Source: Candidatus Saccharimonadota bacterium (GTDB taxonomy: Bacteria; Patescibacteriota; Saccharimonadia; Saccharimonadales; JACDBH01). Taken from it: DNA of 64,000 nucleotides. The notes under the pieces are model-generated. The model did not search any database, was not told the origin of the DNA, and saw nothing but the letters and a program-made list of their open reading frames with translations. The stretch covers positions 2,941 to 66,940 of the forward strand of contig JAQGGW010000005.1 in the NCBI GenBank assembly GCA_028289135.1, in the 5' to 3' direction. A program made the position numbers and the translations under genes. Of the stretch, positions 9,570 to 18,282 are shown one piece after another; the stretch's first letter is position 1, and every line of letters begins with the position of its first letter.

Positions 9570-11183
9570 ATGGAAAACCCACCACAGCCGGGCGGCATTA
9601 TTAGTCCAACGCAGCCTCCGGCAGGTCAGCCTGCCCCTACGCCAAACACTCAGCCTGCACCTGCGCCAAACGTACCTCCTGCCCCAGCGCAGCCTCAAAT
9701 GCAGCCCGCGCCTCAGGCAGCTTTTCAGCAAGCTCCAATGAACCCTGCGGCACCAAGTACGCAGCAGCCAATGGCTCCAGCTCAAGCGGCACCAGCGCAA
9801 CCAATGCCAGCTTTTATGAACGCGCCAAGTGCCGCACCAGTAAGTGCGTCTCAGATGCAGGGACAGAAGAAAAGCATTAAAAAGAAAATGGTTCTGCCGC
9901 TCGTAATAATTGGCGCGCTGCTTATTATCGGCGGTGGTTCGGCCGCAGCCTACTTTGGCTACGTTGTGCCAAATAAGCCAGAAAACAAGCTCCTCAGCGC
10001 AATATCTAATCTTGCCACACACAAGAGTGTGACAATTGACGGTACGGTAGATTATTCTCCAAAAAGCGGAGGAACTGGTGTCGCTGTGGACTATAAGCTA
10101 GCACTAAATAGCGAAACATCTCAAGTCGGCCTGTCTGGGACAGTTGGTGTTGGCGGGGCAAAAGTACCTTACGAAATCCGCTACATCGACAAAGACCTGT
10201 ATTTTAAAGCCAGCGATCTGAACGGTTTGACAAGCCTAATTCCTTCGTCGGGCGCTGACCTGGACTTTAGCTCTATAATTAAGCAAGTTGACGGCCAGTG
10301 GTTTGTTGTCGACCGCAGCTTTACCGATTCGCTCGGGCTTAAAACCTCTTGTGTAACCGACAGCTCGTTTGCTCTGAATGATGCCGACGTCACACTCATT
10401 AAGAAAGCTTACAAACAGCATCCGCTCTTTACCGTTAAGAGCAGCTCAAGCCAAACTGTTGACGGTGAAGCTACGACTAAATACTTAGTTGACCCTGCAA
10501 GCGACTCAGAAGCGTCCGCGTTTGCCAGCAATCTTAAAGGCCTCAGCCTGTATAAAAAGGCGATGGAATGTTCTGGCAGCTCTTCAAACAGTTCAGATTC
10601 AAGCTCACCAAGCACGAGCGCCAAAAACACCACAACTGGCACGGTTTCGATATATGTAACAAAAGACAACCAGCTTAAGAAGATTGAAATAAACGGCAGT
10701 GATGACAGCAGCAGCATGAAAATTGCCGCGACATTCTCATACGCGGAAGTTAAGCTCGACAAGCCAGCTGGCGCCAAGTCTGTGCAGGATCTCTACACCA
10801 GTGTTCTTGGAGGCCTTGGCTTTGGACCAACCGCATTTACGGATATACAATCAAGCGCTAAAGATGTTGAGCGCAAGGCCGACATTAACGCCCTGCATGG
10901 ACAGCTGGAAGCTTACTGGGCCCAAAAAGGTTATTATCCAAGCCTTAAGGACATGAACAGCGCAGCATTCATTTCGGCAAACTTTAAAGGTTTGGACCAA
11001 GAAGCCCTTACTGACCCGGATGGCAGTGGCACAACATTTACCGTAGCGCCGCAAAAAAACGCTTACACCTATACCGTCCAGCCAAGCGGGTGCGATAATG
11101 CCACAAAAACGCAGTGTGTGTCCTATGTTCTCTCAGCAATGAATACCGACGGGACGCTTTACAGCAAACAAAGCCTTAACTAG
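9570..11183 (+). CDS. Membrane-anchored protein: Pro/Gln/Ala-rich N-terminus, TM, LppX/LolA-like beta domain, C-terminal pilin/GspG-like head
   Basis: PQA-rich region, KKK+TM, then AKDVERKADINALHGQLEAYWAQKGYYP..DP..YTY..C..C..Y.LSA typical of CPR pilin heads. Confidence 0.7.
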   Translation: MENPPQPGGIISPTQPPAGQPAPTPNTQPAPAPNVPPAPAQPQMQPAPQAAFQQAPMNPAAPSTQQPMAPAQAAPAQPMPAFMNAPSAAPVSASQMQGQKKSIKKKMVLPLVIIGALLIIGGGSAAAYFGYVVPNKPENKLLSAISNLATHKSVTIDGTVDYSPKSGGTGVAVDYKLALNSETSQVGLSGTVGVGGAKVPYEIRYIDKDLYFKASDLNGLTSLIPSSGADLDFSSIIKQVDGQWFVVDRSFTDSLGLKTSCVTDSSFALNDADVTLIKKAYKQHPLFTVKSSSSQTVDGEATTKYLVDPASDSEASAFASNLKGLSLYKKAMECSGSSSNSSDSSSPSTSAKNTTTGTVSIYVTKDNQLKKIEINGSDDSSSMKIAATFSYAEVKLDKPAGAKSVQDLYTSVLGGLGFGPTAFTDIQSSAKDVERKADINALHGQLEAYWAQKGYYPSLKDMNSAAFISANFKGLDQEALTDPDGSGTTFTVAPQKNAYTYTVQPSGCDNATKTQCVSYVLSAMNTDGTLYSKQSLN

Positions 11184-11252
11184 TAACGGTTTCTAGACCT
11201 GTAAAAAGCATCTTAAAACGGTTATACTTCGATCAGTGAAAAGAACACACCT

Positions 11253-11987
11253 ATGCAAGTAGTCGTTAACGATACGCTCGTCAATTACACCGACACAGGT
11301 TCGGGTCCGATTTTGCTTTGTGTGCATGGCTGGATGCATGATGTTAGCTCATACGCCCAGCTTACTGAGCAGTTAAAAGCAGATTTTAGGATCATAAGCT
11401 TGGACTTACCAAACTTTGGCGCTAGCCAGATGACTGACAAGGTTGAAACGGTAGAAGAATACGCGCATTTTTTGCAGGCTTTTGTAAACAAGCTTGGCCT
11501 TAAGGACTACAGTCTGGTTGGGCATTCGATGGGCTGCCAGATTGGTATTTATGGGGTTGGAAACGGCATTTTGAGCCCTGATAAACTAGTTTTGATATCT
11601 GCTGCCGGGATTCGATCTCACAGAAAGTCATACAAAAAGGCTCTTAAATACGCCTCGGTTGCGCTGCGCAATTTCGTACCTAAAAAATACAAAAAGAAGT
11701 TTTATAAGATGATTGGTTCCGACTATAATCCAGACTTTTCTAAGGTGCATAAAGCCATTATTAGCAAAGTCCTAAGCGCCGATATCCAAGCTGATGCCAA
11801 AAAAATCAACATCCCGACGCTAATTATCAACGGGAACGCCGACCACGAAACTCCGCTCTGGATGGCCGAAACGCTAAACCGTGAAATTAGCCATTCTACG
11901 CTGGAAATTATCAAAAACGGCGACCACTGGATCCATCAAAAACACGCAGATGTTGTTGCAAATTCAATCCGGATTTTTATTTCATGA
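11253..11987 (+). CDS. Alpha/beta hydrolase
   Basis: HGW, DLPNFG, GHSMG nucleophile elbow, catalytic D and H; overlaps murF start. Confidence 0.9.
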   Translation: MQVVVNDTLVNYTDTGSGPILLCVHGWMHDVSSYAQLTEQLKADFRIISLDLPNFGASQMTDKVETVEEYAHFLQAFVNKLGLKDYSLVGHSMGCQIGIYGVGNGILSPDKLVLISAAGIRSHRKSYKKALKYASVALRNFVPKKYKKKFYKMIGSDYNPDFSKVHKAIISKVLSADIQADAKKINIPTLIINGNADHETPLWMAETLNREISHSTLEIIKNGDHWIHQKHADVVANSIRIFIS

Positions 11988-13417
11988 GCGCCAAAAAAGC
12001 AGAGCTAAAAAACTACCTTAGTATTTATCTGCCAACGGTACCATATGTGTTTGTTTACATGCTTCAGCAGGTAGAAAATAACGCGGACGAGTTTTTAAAA
12101 TGGGTAAACCGCCTGCCCAACTACCAACGCGTAATCAAGCGCAAAAAACTGGTTTTAACTAAAAAAGCACTGGTTTTACTTGTCTTGGCGTATGGTATGG
12201 CAGCATTAATTCTTGCGGGTGTTGTTTTGCTGTTCGCTAAAGGTCTTTATCCATATGCTGTTGGCCTGTTTGTGGTTCAGCCCGCAGTTGTCATCTTGTT
12301 TTTAGCCTATCTAAACAAACTGGGCGTTAAACTTATTGCCTTTAAGCGCCGTAAGGACTACGCCGTTGCCAGCGCCAAACTGATGGCCCACAAAGCTACT
12401 AAAATCGTAGTCCTGGGAAGCTACGGCAAAACCACCGCCAAAGAACTACTTTCAACCGTACTGGCCGAAGGAAAAATCGTTGCCTCAACGCCTGGGAATA
12501 AAAACGTACCGATCAGCCATGCCCGCTGGATAATAAACAAGCTAACGGGCGAAGAAGAAGTGCTCATCTTTGAACTAGGCGAAGGAGAGCCGGGAGATAT
12601 CAAAAGGTTTTGCGAGCTTTTACACCCAGACATTGCGGTTTTAACAGGCTACGCGCCCAACCATCTTGACGGCTACGGCACAGTTGAAGCGTTGAAGGCC
12701 GACCTTAGTTCGATCCAGGATTTTGTAAAGCCCGAGAATTTATATGTGGCAGAACAAGCCGCAGAAGCATTGGATTTTAAAGATAAAGTCCAGGTTTTTG
12801 GCACCAAAAGCAGCGACGGCTGGGTTATAAAAAATATTGAAGTAGCAATTACGGGCACGTCGTTTGACATGAATAAAGGCTCAGCAAAAGCACATTTACA
12901 CAGCAGTTTAATCGGCGAACATAACGTCGCGCCGTTGGCACTGAGCTTTACGCTCGGGCAAAAACTGGGCCTCAGCCAAAAAGAAGCCGAAGCTGGTATT
13001 GCCAAAACATTGCCGTTTGACCACCGCATGCAGGCCCGCGAAATTAATGGCGCCTGGCTGATTGACGACACATACAACGGCAACCTTGAAGGCATTCGTG
13101 CTGGGCTTGAACTTTTGCATAGTGTTACAGCCACTCGCAAAATGTACGTTACGCCCGGGCTTGTAGAACAGGGAACCGAAACCGAAAAAGTCCACACAGA
13201 AATCGGACATTTGATTGCCAAATCCAACCCTGACGTCGTGGTGTTTATGCATAACAGCGTCAGCCACATTATGAAGGCGGCTTTAGAGGCAAAAGGCTTT
13301 AAAGGCATTATCCGGGTAGAATCCGACCCGCTGGCGTTCTATACTAATATCCAATACGAATTAGCTGGTGGAGATATGGTATTAATGCAAAATGACTGGA
13401 CCGACAACTACGCCTGA
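11984..13417 (+). CDS. murF: Mur ligase, MurF-like, with N-terminal TM segments
   Basis: GSYGKTT P-loop, FELG, GEHN, HRMQ, IDDTYNGN, VTPGLVE; adjacent to ddl. Confidence 0.8.
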   Translation: MSAKKAELKNYLSIYLPTVPYVFVYMLQQVENNADEFLKWVNRLPNYQRVIKRKKLVLTKKALVLLVLAYGMAALILAGVVLLFAKGLYPYAVGLFVVQPAVVILFLAYLNKLGVKLIAFKRRKDYAVASAKLMAHKATKIVVLGSYGKTTAKELLSTVLAEGKIVASTPGNKNVPISHARWIINKLTGEEEVLIFELGEGEPGDIKRFCELLHPDIAVLTGYAPNHLDGYGTVEALKADLSSIQDFVKPENLYVAEQAAEALDFKDKVQVFGTKSSDGWVIKNIEVAITGTSFDMNKGSAKAHLHSSLIGEHNVAPLALSFTLGQKLGLSQKEAEAGIAKTLPFDHRMQAREINGAWLIDDTYNGNLEGIRAGLELLHSVTATRKMYVTPGLVEQGTETEKVHTEIGHLIAKSNPDVVVFMHNSVSHIMKAALEAKGFKGIIRVESDPLAFYTNIQYELAGGDMVLMQNDWTDNYA

Positions 13418-13943
13418 AAGAGCCCCAACTAGGTCGCTAAGAGTCGAACTTACCAGCCTGGATGGGGTTGATACCTCACTTGTACTTGTACGTGAAGGCT
13501 TTATGGCTGGAGTGGGTGAATATAATCCGGTACAGCTTCATCCGTTTGAATACACACTGCTTAACCATCTCGCTACCTATCCCGATGCTGCTTTCAAGCC
13601 GGCAATGCTCAGGCGCGCGATGCCAGTGTTTGCAGATAAATACGCCCCACAGCCAAGTGAGCTGATGAAAGAGCTAATACGGTTGTTGCCAGTGCTTGAG
13701 CCGCATCTTATTTCGGTCGTAAATGGTCAGACACAATTTTTTGGTTTATTGGATACTGCTGGTGCGCCGGAGTCGTTTCACGAAAACGTAAAGCGACTTA
13801 TCGAAAGAGACACGGAAGCATACGCGAACCCAAGGCGGCGCGCAAAAACTCTCGGAGTTGTTGCTGCGGCGGTGACGGCGTTTACGACTACCGTAGGCGT
13901 AGCAGGATATTTACATCGAAAACATACAAATACTAACGATTAA
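13392..13943 (+). CDS. Hypothetical protein with a possible winged-helix-like segment and C-terminal TM anchor
   Basis: VQLHPFEYTLLNHLA resembles OmpR-type C-terminal domains; hydrophobic C-terminal helix. Confidence 0.55.
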   Translation: MTGPTTTPERAPTRSLRVELTSLDGVDTSLVLVREGFMAGVGEYNPVQLHPFEYTLLNHLATYPDAAFKPAMLRRAMPVFADKYAPQPSELMKELIRLLPVLEPHLISVVNGQTQFFGLLDTAGAPESFHENVKRLIERDTEAYANPRRRAKTLGVVAAAVTAFTTTVGVAGYLHRKHTNTND

Positions 13944-13987
13944 TTGTAGCTTGTAATTGTAAATACAAATGGCGTATAATGATGCTT

Positions 13988-15148
13988 ATGAAAACAATAG
14001 CAGTCATTTTTGGTGGGCGTTCAACCGAGCACGATGTTTCAATTATCACCGCACTCAGCAGCATTATTAAGCCGCTAGAAGCCAGCCGGCAGTACCAAGT
14101 GGAAGCTGTTTACATCTCTAAAGACGGTGCCTGGTTTTGGGACAATAAACTTAAAGACATTGCACTGTATCAATCTGGCGAAATAGAAGATTTTATGCGA
14201 AAAGCGCCAAAAGTACAACTCTCTCTAGACGACGGCTTGACCCTTGTTAAATCAAGCCAGTTTGCCGGTCGCAAGGCTTATAAAAAAATCGACATCGTCT
14301 TCCCAGCCATGCACGGTACGCACGGCGAAGACGGTGAATTGATGGGGATTTTTGAAATGGCTAACGTGGCCTATGTTGGCTGTGGTGTTGCAGCAAGCGC
14401 AATATCTATGGACAAAGTTTTGGCCAAGCAAGTTACTACCAGCGCGGACATTCCAACCACGCCATGGGTATGGTTTACCTCTGCTGACTTAGCCCGAGAC
14501 CACGAAGCCGTCATCGCAAAGACTAAAGGCCTGGAGTATCCATTGTTTGTAAAACCAGCCCACCTGGGCTCCAGCATCGGTATTTCCCGCGTTACCAAGC
14601 CCGAAGAACTGGTGAACGCACTTGAAGTTGCCGCGCATTATGATGACAAAATTATCGTAGAACAAGCCGTCCAAAACCTGGCTGAAGTTACGCTCCCGAT
14701 TATGGGAAACGAAGAGCCGCGCCCAGCGATGTTGGAACAGCCAAACGTAAAGCCCGAAGATTTCTTTGACTTTGAAACTAAATATATGCAGGGCGGCAAA
14801 AAAGGCGGCGGCAAAGGCAAGGGCGGCGCGCAGGGCTACAGCACCATCCCGGCCGACCTTCCAAAAGATCTATATGACCAAGCAATGCAAGTGGGCGTAA
14901 ATGTCTATAAAACCGTTGGCTGCGCAGGAATTGCCCGCGTTGATATGCTCATCGACACCAAAGCCAAAACCGTTTTCTTTAACGAAATTAACCCTTTGCC
15001 AGGCGGGCTGTATTCGCACAACTGGAACAAAGCCGGCATTTCGTCCATCGACCTTGTAACCAAGCTTGTAGACTACGCCGAAGAGCGCTGGCACAACCAG
15101 CAAAAAAATACTGTCACCTTCAGTACGAATTACTTAAAACAGTTTTAG
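13988..15148 (+). CDS. ddl: D-alanine--D-alanine ligase
   Basis: FGGRSTEHDVS, HGTHGEDG, MDK, KPAHLGSSIG, NEINPLPG; start placed 7 nt after TATAAT. Confidence 0.95.
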   Translation: MKTIAVIFGGRSTEHDVSIITALSSIIKPLEASRQYQVEAVYISKDGAWFWDNKLKDIALYQSGEIEDFMRKAPKVQLSLDDGLTLVKSSQFAGRKAYKKIDIVFPAMHGTHGEDGELMGIFEMANVAYVGCGVAASAISMDKVLAKQVTTSADIPTTPWVWFTSADLARDHEAVIAKTKGLEYPLFVKPAHLGSSIGISRVTKPEELVNALEVAAHYDDKIIVEQAVQNLAEVTLPIMGNEEPRPAMLEQPNVKPEDFFDFETKYMQGGKKGGGKGKGGAQGYSTIPADLPKDLYDQAMQVGVNVYKTVGCAGIARVDMLIDTKAKTVFFNEINPLPGGLYSHNWNKAGISSIDLVTKLVDYAEERWHNQQKNTVTFSTNYLKQF

Positions 15149-15155
15149 GATAAAA

Positions 15156-16316
15156 ATGTCGCTCAGATATGCGCTTGGCAGGAGTTTAGGAAAACTCGAA
15201 AAACCGTTTGAAGTTTATAACCACATTACCGTTTCGCGTTCGGCGCTTTTGAGCAACTTTGACATTTTACGCTCACTAACACCTATAAAAACTATCTTTC
15301 CAGTACTTAAAGCCAACGCCTATGGACACGGCCTAACAGAGGTGGCGACCATTCTCAAAGACCGCTCTTTCCCATACATTGCCGTCGATGGATTTTATGA
15401 GAGCATGGCCATACATAACGTTTCAAAACAGCCGGTTTTGGTAATGGGCGCCATAAAACCAAGTAACTTTAAGCAGATGAGTTTTAAGCGTCTGGCTTTT
15501 GTGGTACATGACAATGACACGGTAAAAGCCCTTGGCGCTACAAAACGGCAAGTAAATGTGCATGTTGAAATTGACACCGGAATGACCCGCCACGGTGTTG
15601 CAGCGTCTGATCTGCCAGAGTTTCTAGATTTGCTTAAAAAATATCCCAAGATCAAAGTCGAAGGTGTTATGACGCACTTGGCAGACGCAGAAAATATAAA
15701 AACAGCAAACTTTACTAACTCTCAAGCAGAGCGCTTTGACGCCGCGGTGGAGATTATCTTGAGCAATGGCTTTAAACCAAAGCACTTCCATATCGCCCAG
15801 TCTGCAGGCAGCACAAAGGTTCATTCAAAATATGCCAACGCGCTACGAATTGGTATAGCGCTTTATGGGGTTAGCCCTCTTGATATAAAAGACAAAAACT
15901 ACGCCCTTTTTAAGCCGCTCAAACCCGCATTAGCATTAACATCAACAATTACCAAAGTTGTAAAAGTCCACGCTGGCACAACGGTGAGCTATGATAGGAC
16001 GTTTACAGCAAAAGAAGATACTAAAATTGGCGTTTTGCCGATTGGTTACTACGAAGGCGTCAGCCGCTCACTAAGCAATGTTGGCTTGGTGCAATTTAAG
16101 AGTGAATACCTACCGATCGTAGGAAGAGTCTGCATGAACCACACCATGGTAGATATTGGGAAGTCGAGCGCTAAAGTTGGAGACGAAGTAATAATTATTA
16201 GCAGCGACAGAGACAGCAAGGTTTCGGCAGATTACCTCCGCCAAAACTTTCATCAATTTAACTACGGTTTACTCACCGCCTTAAATCCAAACATACGCCG
16301 CAGGATTGTGGCCTAA
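15156..16316 (+). CDS. alr: Alanine racemase
   Basis: VLKANAYGHG PLP lysine motif, DTGMTRHG, MTH.A.A, GRVCM. Confidence 0.93.
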   Translation: MSLRYALGRSLGKLEKPFEVYNHITVSRSALLSNFDILRSLTPIKTIFPVLKANAYGHGLTEVATILKDRSFPYIAVDGFYESMAIHNVSKQPVLVMGAIKPSNFKQMSFKRLAFVVHDNDTVKALGATKRQVNVHVEIDTGMTRHGVAASDLPEFLDLLKKYPKIKVEGVMTHLADAENIKTANFTNSQAERFDAAVEIILSNGFKPKHFHIAQSAGSTKVHSKYANALRIGIALYGVSPLDIKDKNYALFKPLKPALALTSTITKVVKVHAGTTVSYDRTFTAKEDTKIGVLPIGYYEGVSRSLSNVGLVQFKSEYLPIVGRVCMNHTMVDIGKSSAKVGDEVIIISSDRDSKVSADYLRQNFHQFNYGLLTALNPNIRRRIVA

Positions 16317-16325
16317 AAATAAAAA

Positions 16326-16365
16326 TCCAGCTGATAATTCGGCATTTTCTACCGCTTCAGCTGGA
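16326..16365 (-). terminator. Hairpin with a U-tract on the minus strand
   Basis: TCCAGCTGA...TCAGCTGGA followed by TTTTTATTTTT on the minus strand. Confidence 0.6.
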
Positions 16366-16514
16366 CCCCTCCACTTATCTAAGCCTAGTGTACATCTATA
16401 ATTCGAAAATTAGTATTAAAAAATAAAGTGATTTTGACTACGGTGCAACACCGTGTTTATGCTTGCATATAGCGTCTAAAAAGTTTACATTACACCACAC
16501 ATGGAGTTTATGTT

Positions 16515-18110
16515 ATGAGTTCAGAGAAAGGGCTTTTTTTACCTGAAGACCCTAATATTACCCGTTTTAGTACTGGTCATAATGTACAACGCCTTACCAT
16601 AAATGAAACATATATTTTAATTGAAGAACCGTGGCTCGGGGACAGGGTTATTAATGATCCGTTTGCTATAGATTTCTTTACAACTCCAAGTTTTTTACGC
16701 TCATTAGGCCTTGCTCAGCTTTTAAAAAGTAAAGAAAGCAGCACACTTCCAAATGTTTGGAGTTTTAACCGCGGCTGGGGGTTAATAGATCAGTACACTA
16801 TGGTTGAACATTTTGGAAAAATGTCAGAACTATCAAAGGACGAAATAAATTCCATACATATATATTGCGAAGGAGATGACCAAGCTCATTATGCTTTTTC
16901 TCACAAGCTGGAGTTTGCGTCTCAAAAATGGGGTGGCCCAGAGAACCAGCATGAGAAAAATTGGCCAATGATTGCACATATTGGCGGGACGACGGCTGTA
17001 CTTGATAAATATGGTGTACATTACGACGAAAAGATTAGGGTAGTAGGTTCAAAAATTCCAGAATGGGCTGCCGCCTCGTCTCAAAACGATCTTGACGTAG
17101 ACAGGTTGCAATATATAGCGACCGAAGCATTGTTATGGTTTGATAATGATGAAGTTGCACCTGAAGTCCGTGAACTTGTAAAACAATCCGTTGATATTAA
17201 TCAGTTTGAGATTACGCCGGATGGCAAAATGGCATGTAAAGATCCAAAACTAGGACTAGTGCTATCAAAGCTCCTTTTATTATTTGCGAGTGAACATTAT
17301 AACGACCCATTGGCCCGTGCCCAACTACATCTTGATGTTCATGGGGTACAGCGTGCGATATCCACGCGACGCATTCCTTATATGCAGGATATTGACCAGG
17401 GGCAGATGCGTGGGGCTACAAATTATTTTTATTTCATTGATCAGGATTTTACGGATGCTTTGCGAACGGGTCCTGGTAACGTTGACCCATTTATCTACCT
17501 AATATCAAACACGCTAAATGCCAGCGGCATGGAAGAACGACGACGATTTATTGATTATCGACTTAGACCTTATTCCGATTTTTTGCTTGATGAGAATGCA
17601 GAAAACTACCCTTCTGAATATCTTGAACCAAAGCGAGTTAATTTTGGACCGCGCTCTTCTACTGTGCATACCGAAGTTGTAGAACTTAGCGATGAACAGC
17701 GTAATGAGCTCGATGAGGTAAAAATCCCGCGGTTAGTAGATGAAGGTTCTGATGCATTGTCATATCTTGCCGGTCCGCTCAAAAACCGCTTTATCAATCC
17801 TCTTGTTAGGCAGGGTGATTCGTATGTTCGATTAAGCGAAATTAAATCGCTACCTTACGCCAAGCTCCTAGCAGAGCATCAGTATTTACAAACCCTTGGA
17901 GTAAAAGTGACGTTTGCCTTTACGCCTGAATACAGCAATGAATTTCGTGAAGGAATGAAGAAAAATGATGAAGCTTTTAATACCATACTTGAGGGTCATA
18001 CAATGACTACTGACCAAAAACGAAAAATGATAGAAGGGGGTGCAAGGCGTGCGGTTGATGCACACGTTAAAGCTGGAACATTGATATTAAAACGTGAACT
18101 GGATGTGTAG
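16515..18110 (+). CDS. Divergent HD-superfamily (SAMHD1/dNTPase-like) protein with degenerate metal-binding motifs
   Basis: F.R..GLAQL, DDQAHYAFSH (compare HD.GH.PFSH), DVDRLQY (compare D.DRLDY). Confidence 0.6.
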   Translation: MSSEKGLFLPEDPNITRFSTGHNVQRLTINETYILIEEPWLGDRVINDPFAIDFFTTPSFLRSLGLAQLLKSKESSTLPNVWSFNRGWGLIDQYTMVEHFGKMSELSKDEINSIHIYCEGDDQAHYAFSHKLEFASQKWGGPENQHEKNWPMIAHIGGTTAVLDKYGVHYDEKIRVVGSKIPEWAAASSQNDLDVDRLQYIATEALLWFDNDEVAPEVRELVKQSVDINQFEITPDGKMACKDPKLGLVLSKLLLLFASEHYNDPLARAQLHLDVHGVQRAISTRRIPYMQDIDQGQMRGATNYFYFIDQDFTDALRTGPGNVDPFIYLISNTLNASGMEERRRFIDYRLRPYSDFLLDENAENYPSEYLEPKRVNFGPRSSTVHTEVVELSDEQRNELDEVKIPRLVDEGSDALSYLAGPLKNRFINPLVRQGDSYVRLSEIKSLPYAKLLAEHQYLQTLGVKVTFAFTPEYSNEFREGMKKNDEAFNTILEGHTMTTDQKRKMIEGGARRAVDAHVKAGTLILKRELDV

Positions 18111-18157
18111 TAGGATCTAAGTATGCAGCGAAGCAAAAATATGGTATTTTGTTCGTT

Positions 18158-18205
18158 ATGAAAACGCTGACTATTTTAAGTCGCACTCTCGCTCTACTCG
18201 CTTAG
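18158..18205 (+). CDS. Putative Leu-rich leader peptide of leuS (MKTLTILSRTLALLA)
   Basis: 15 codons, 5 of them Leu (CTG, TTA, CTC, CTA, CTC); stop sits in hairpin CTCGC-TTAG-GCGAG; 77 nt upstream of leuS. Confidence 0.6.
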   Translation: MKTLTILSRTLALLA

Positions 18206-18282
18206 GCGAGCAACTCTTCTTATTATCTTAAAACTCCTGTAAAATTAATCTGAATTACACCCTGAGCAAGGAATTATTACCC

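Noticed and set aside
9600..9860. Repetitive CAGCC/GCACC-rich DNA, and GAA/GCC repeats at 24260-24520
   Set aside because: Low-complexity coding sequence (Pro/Gln/Ala and Glu/Ala tails); no fixed repeat-spacer period, so not CRISPR or a tandem array
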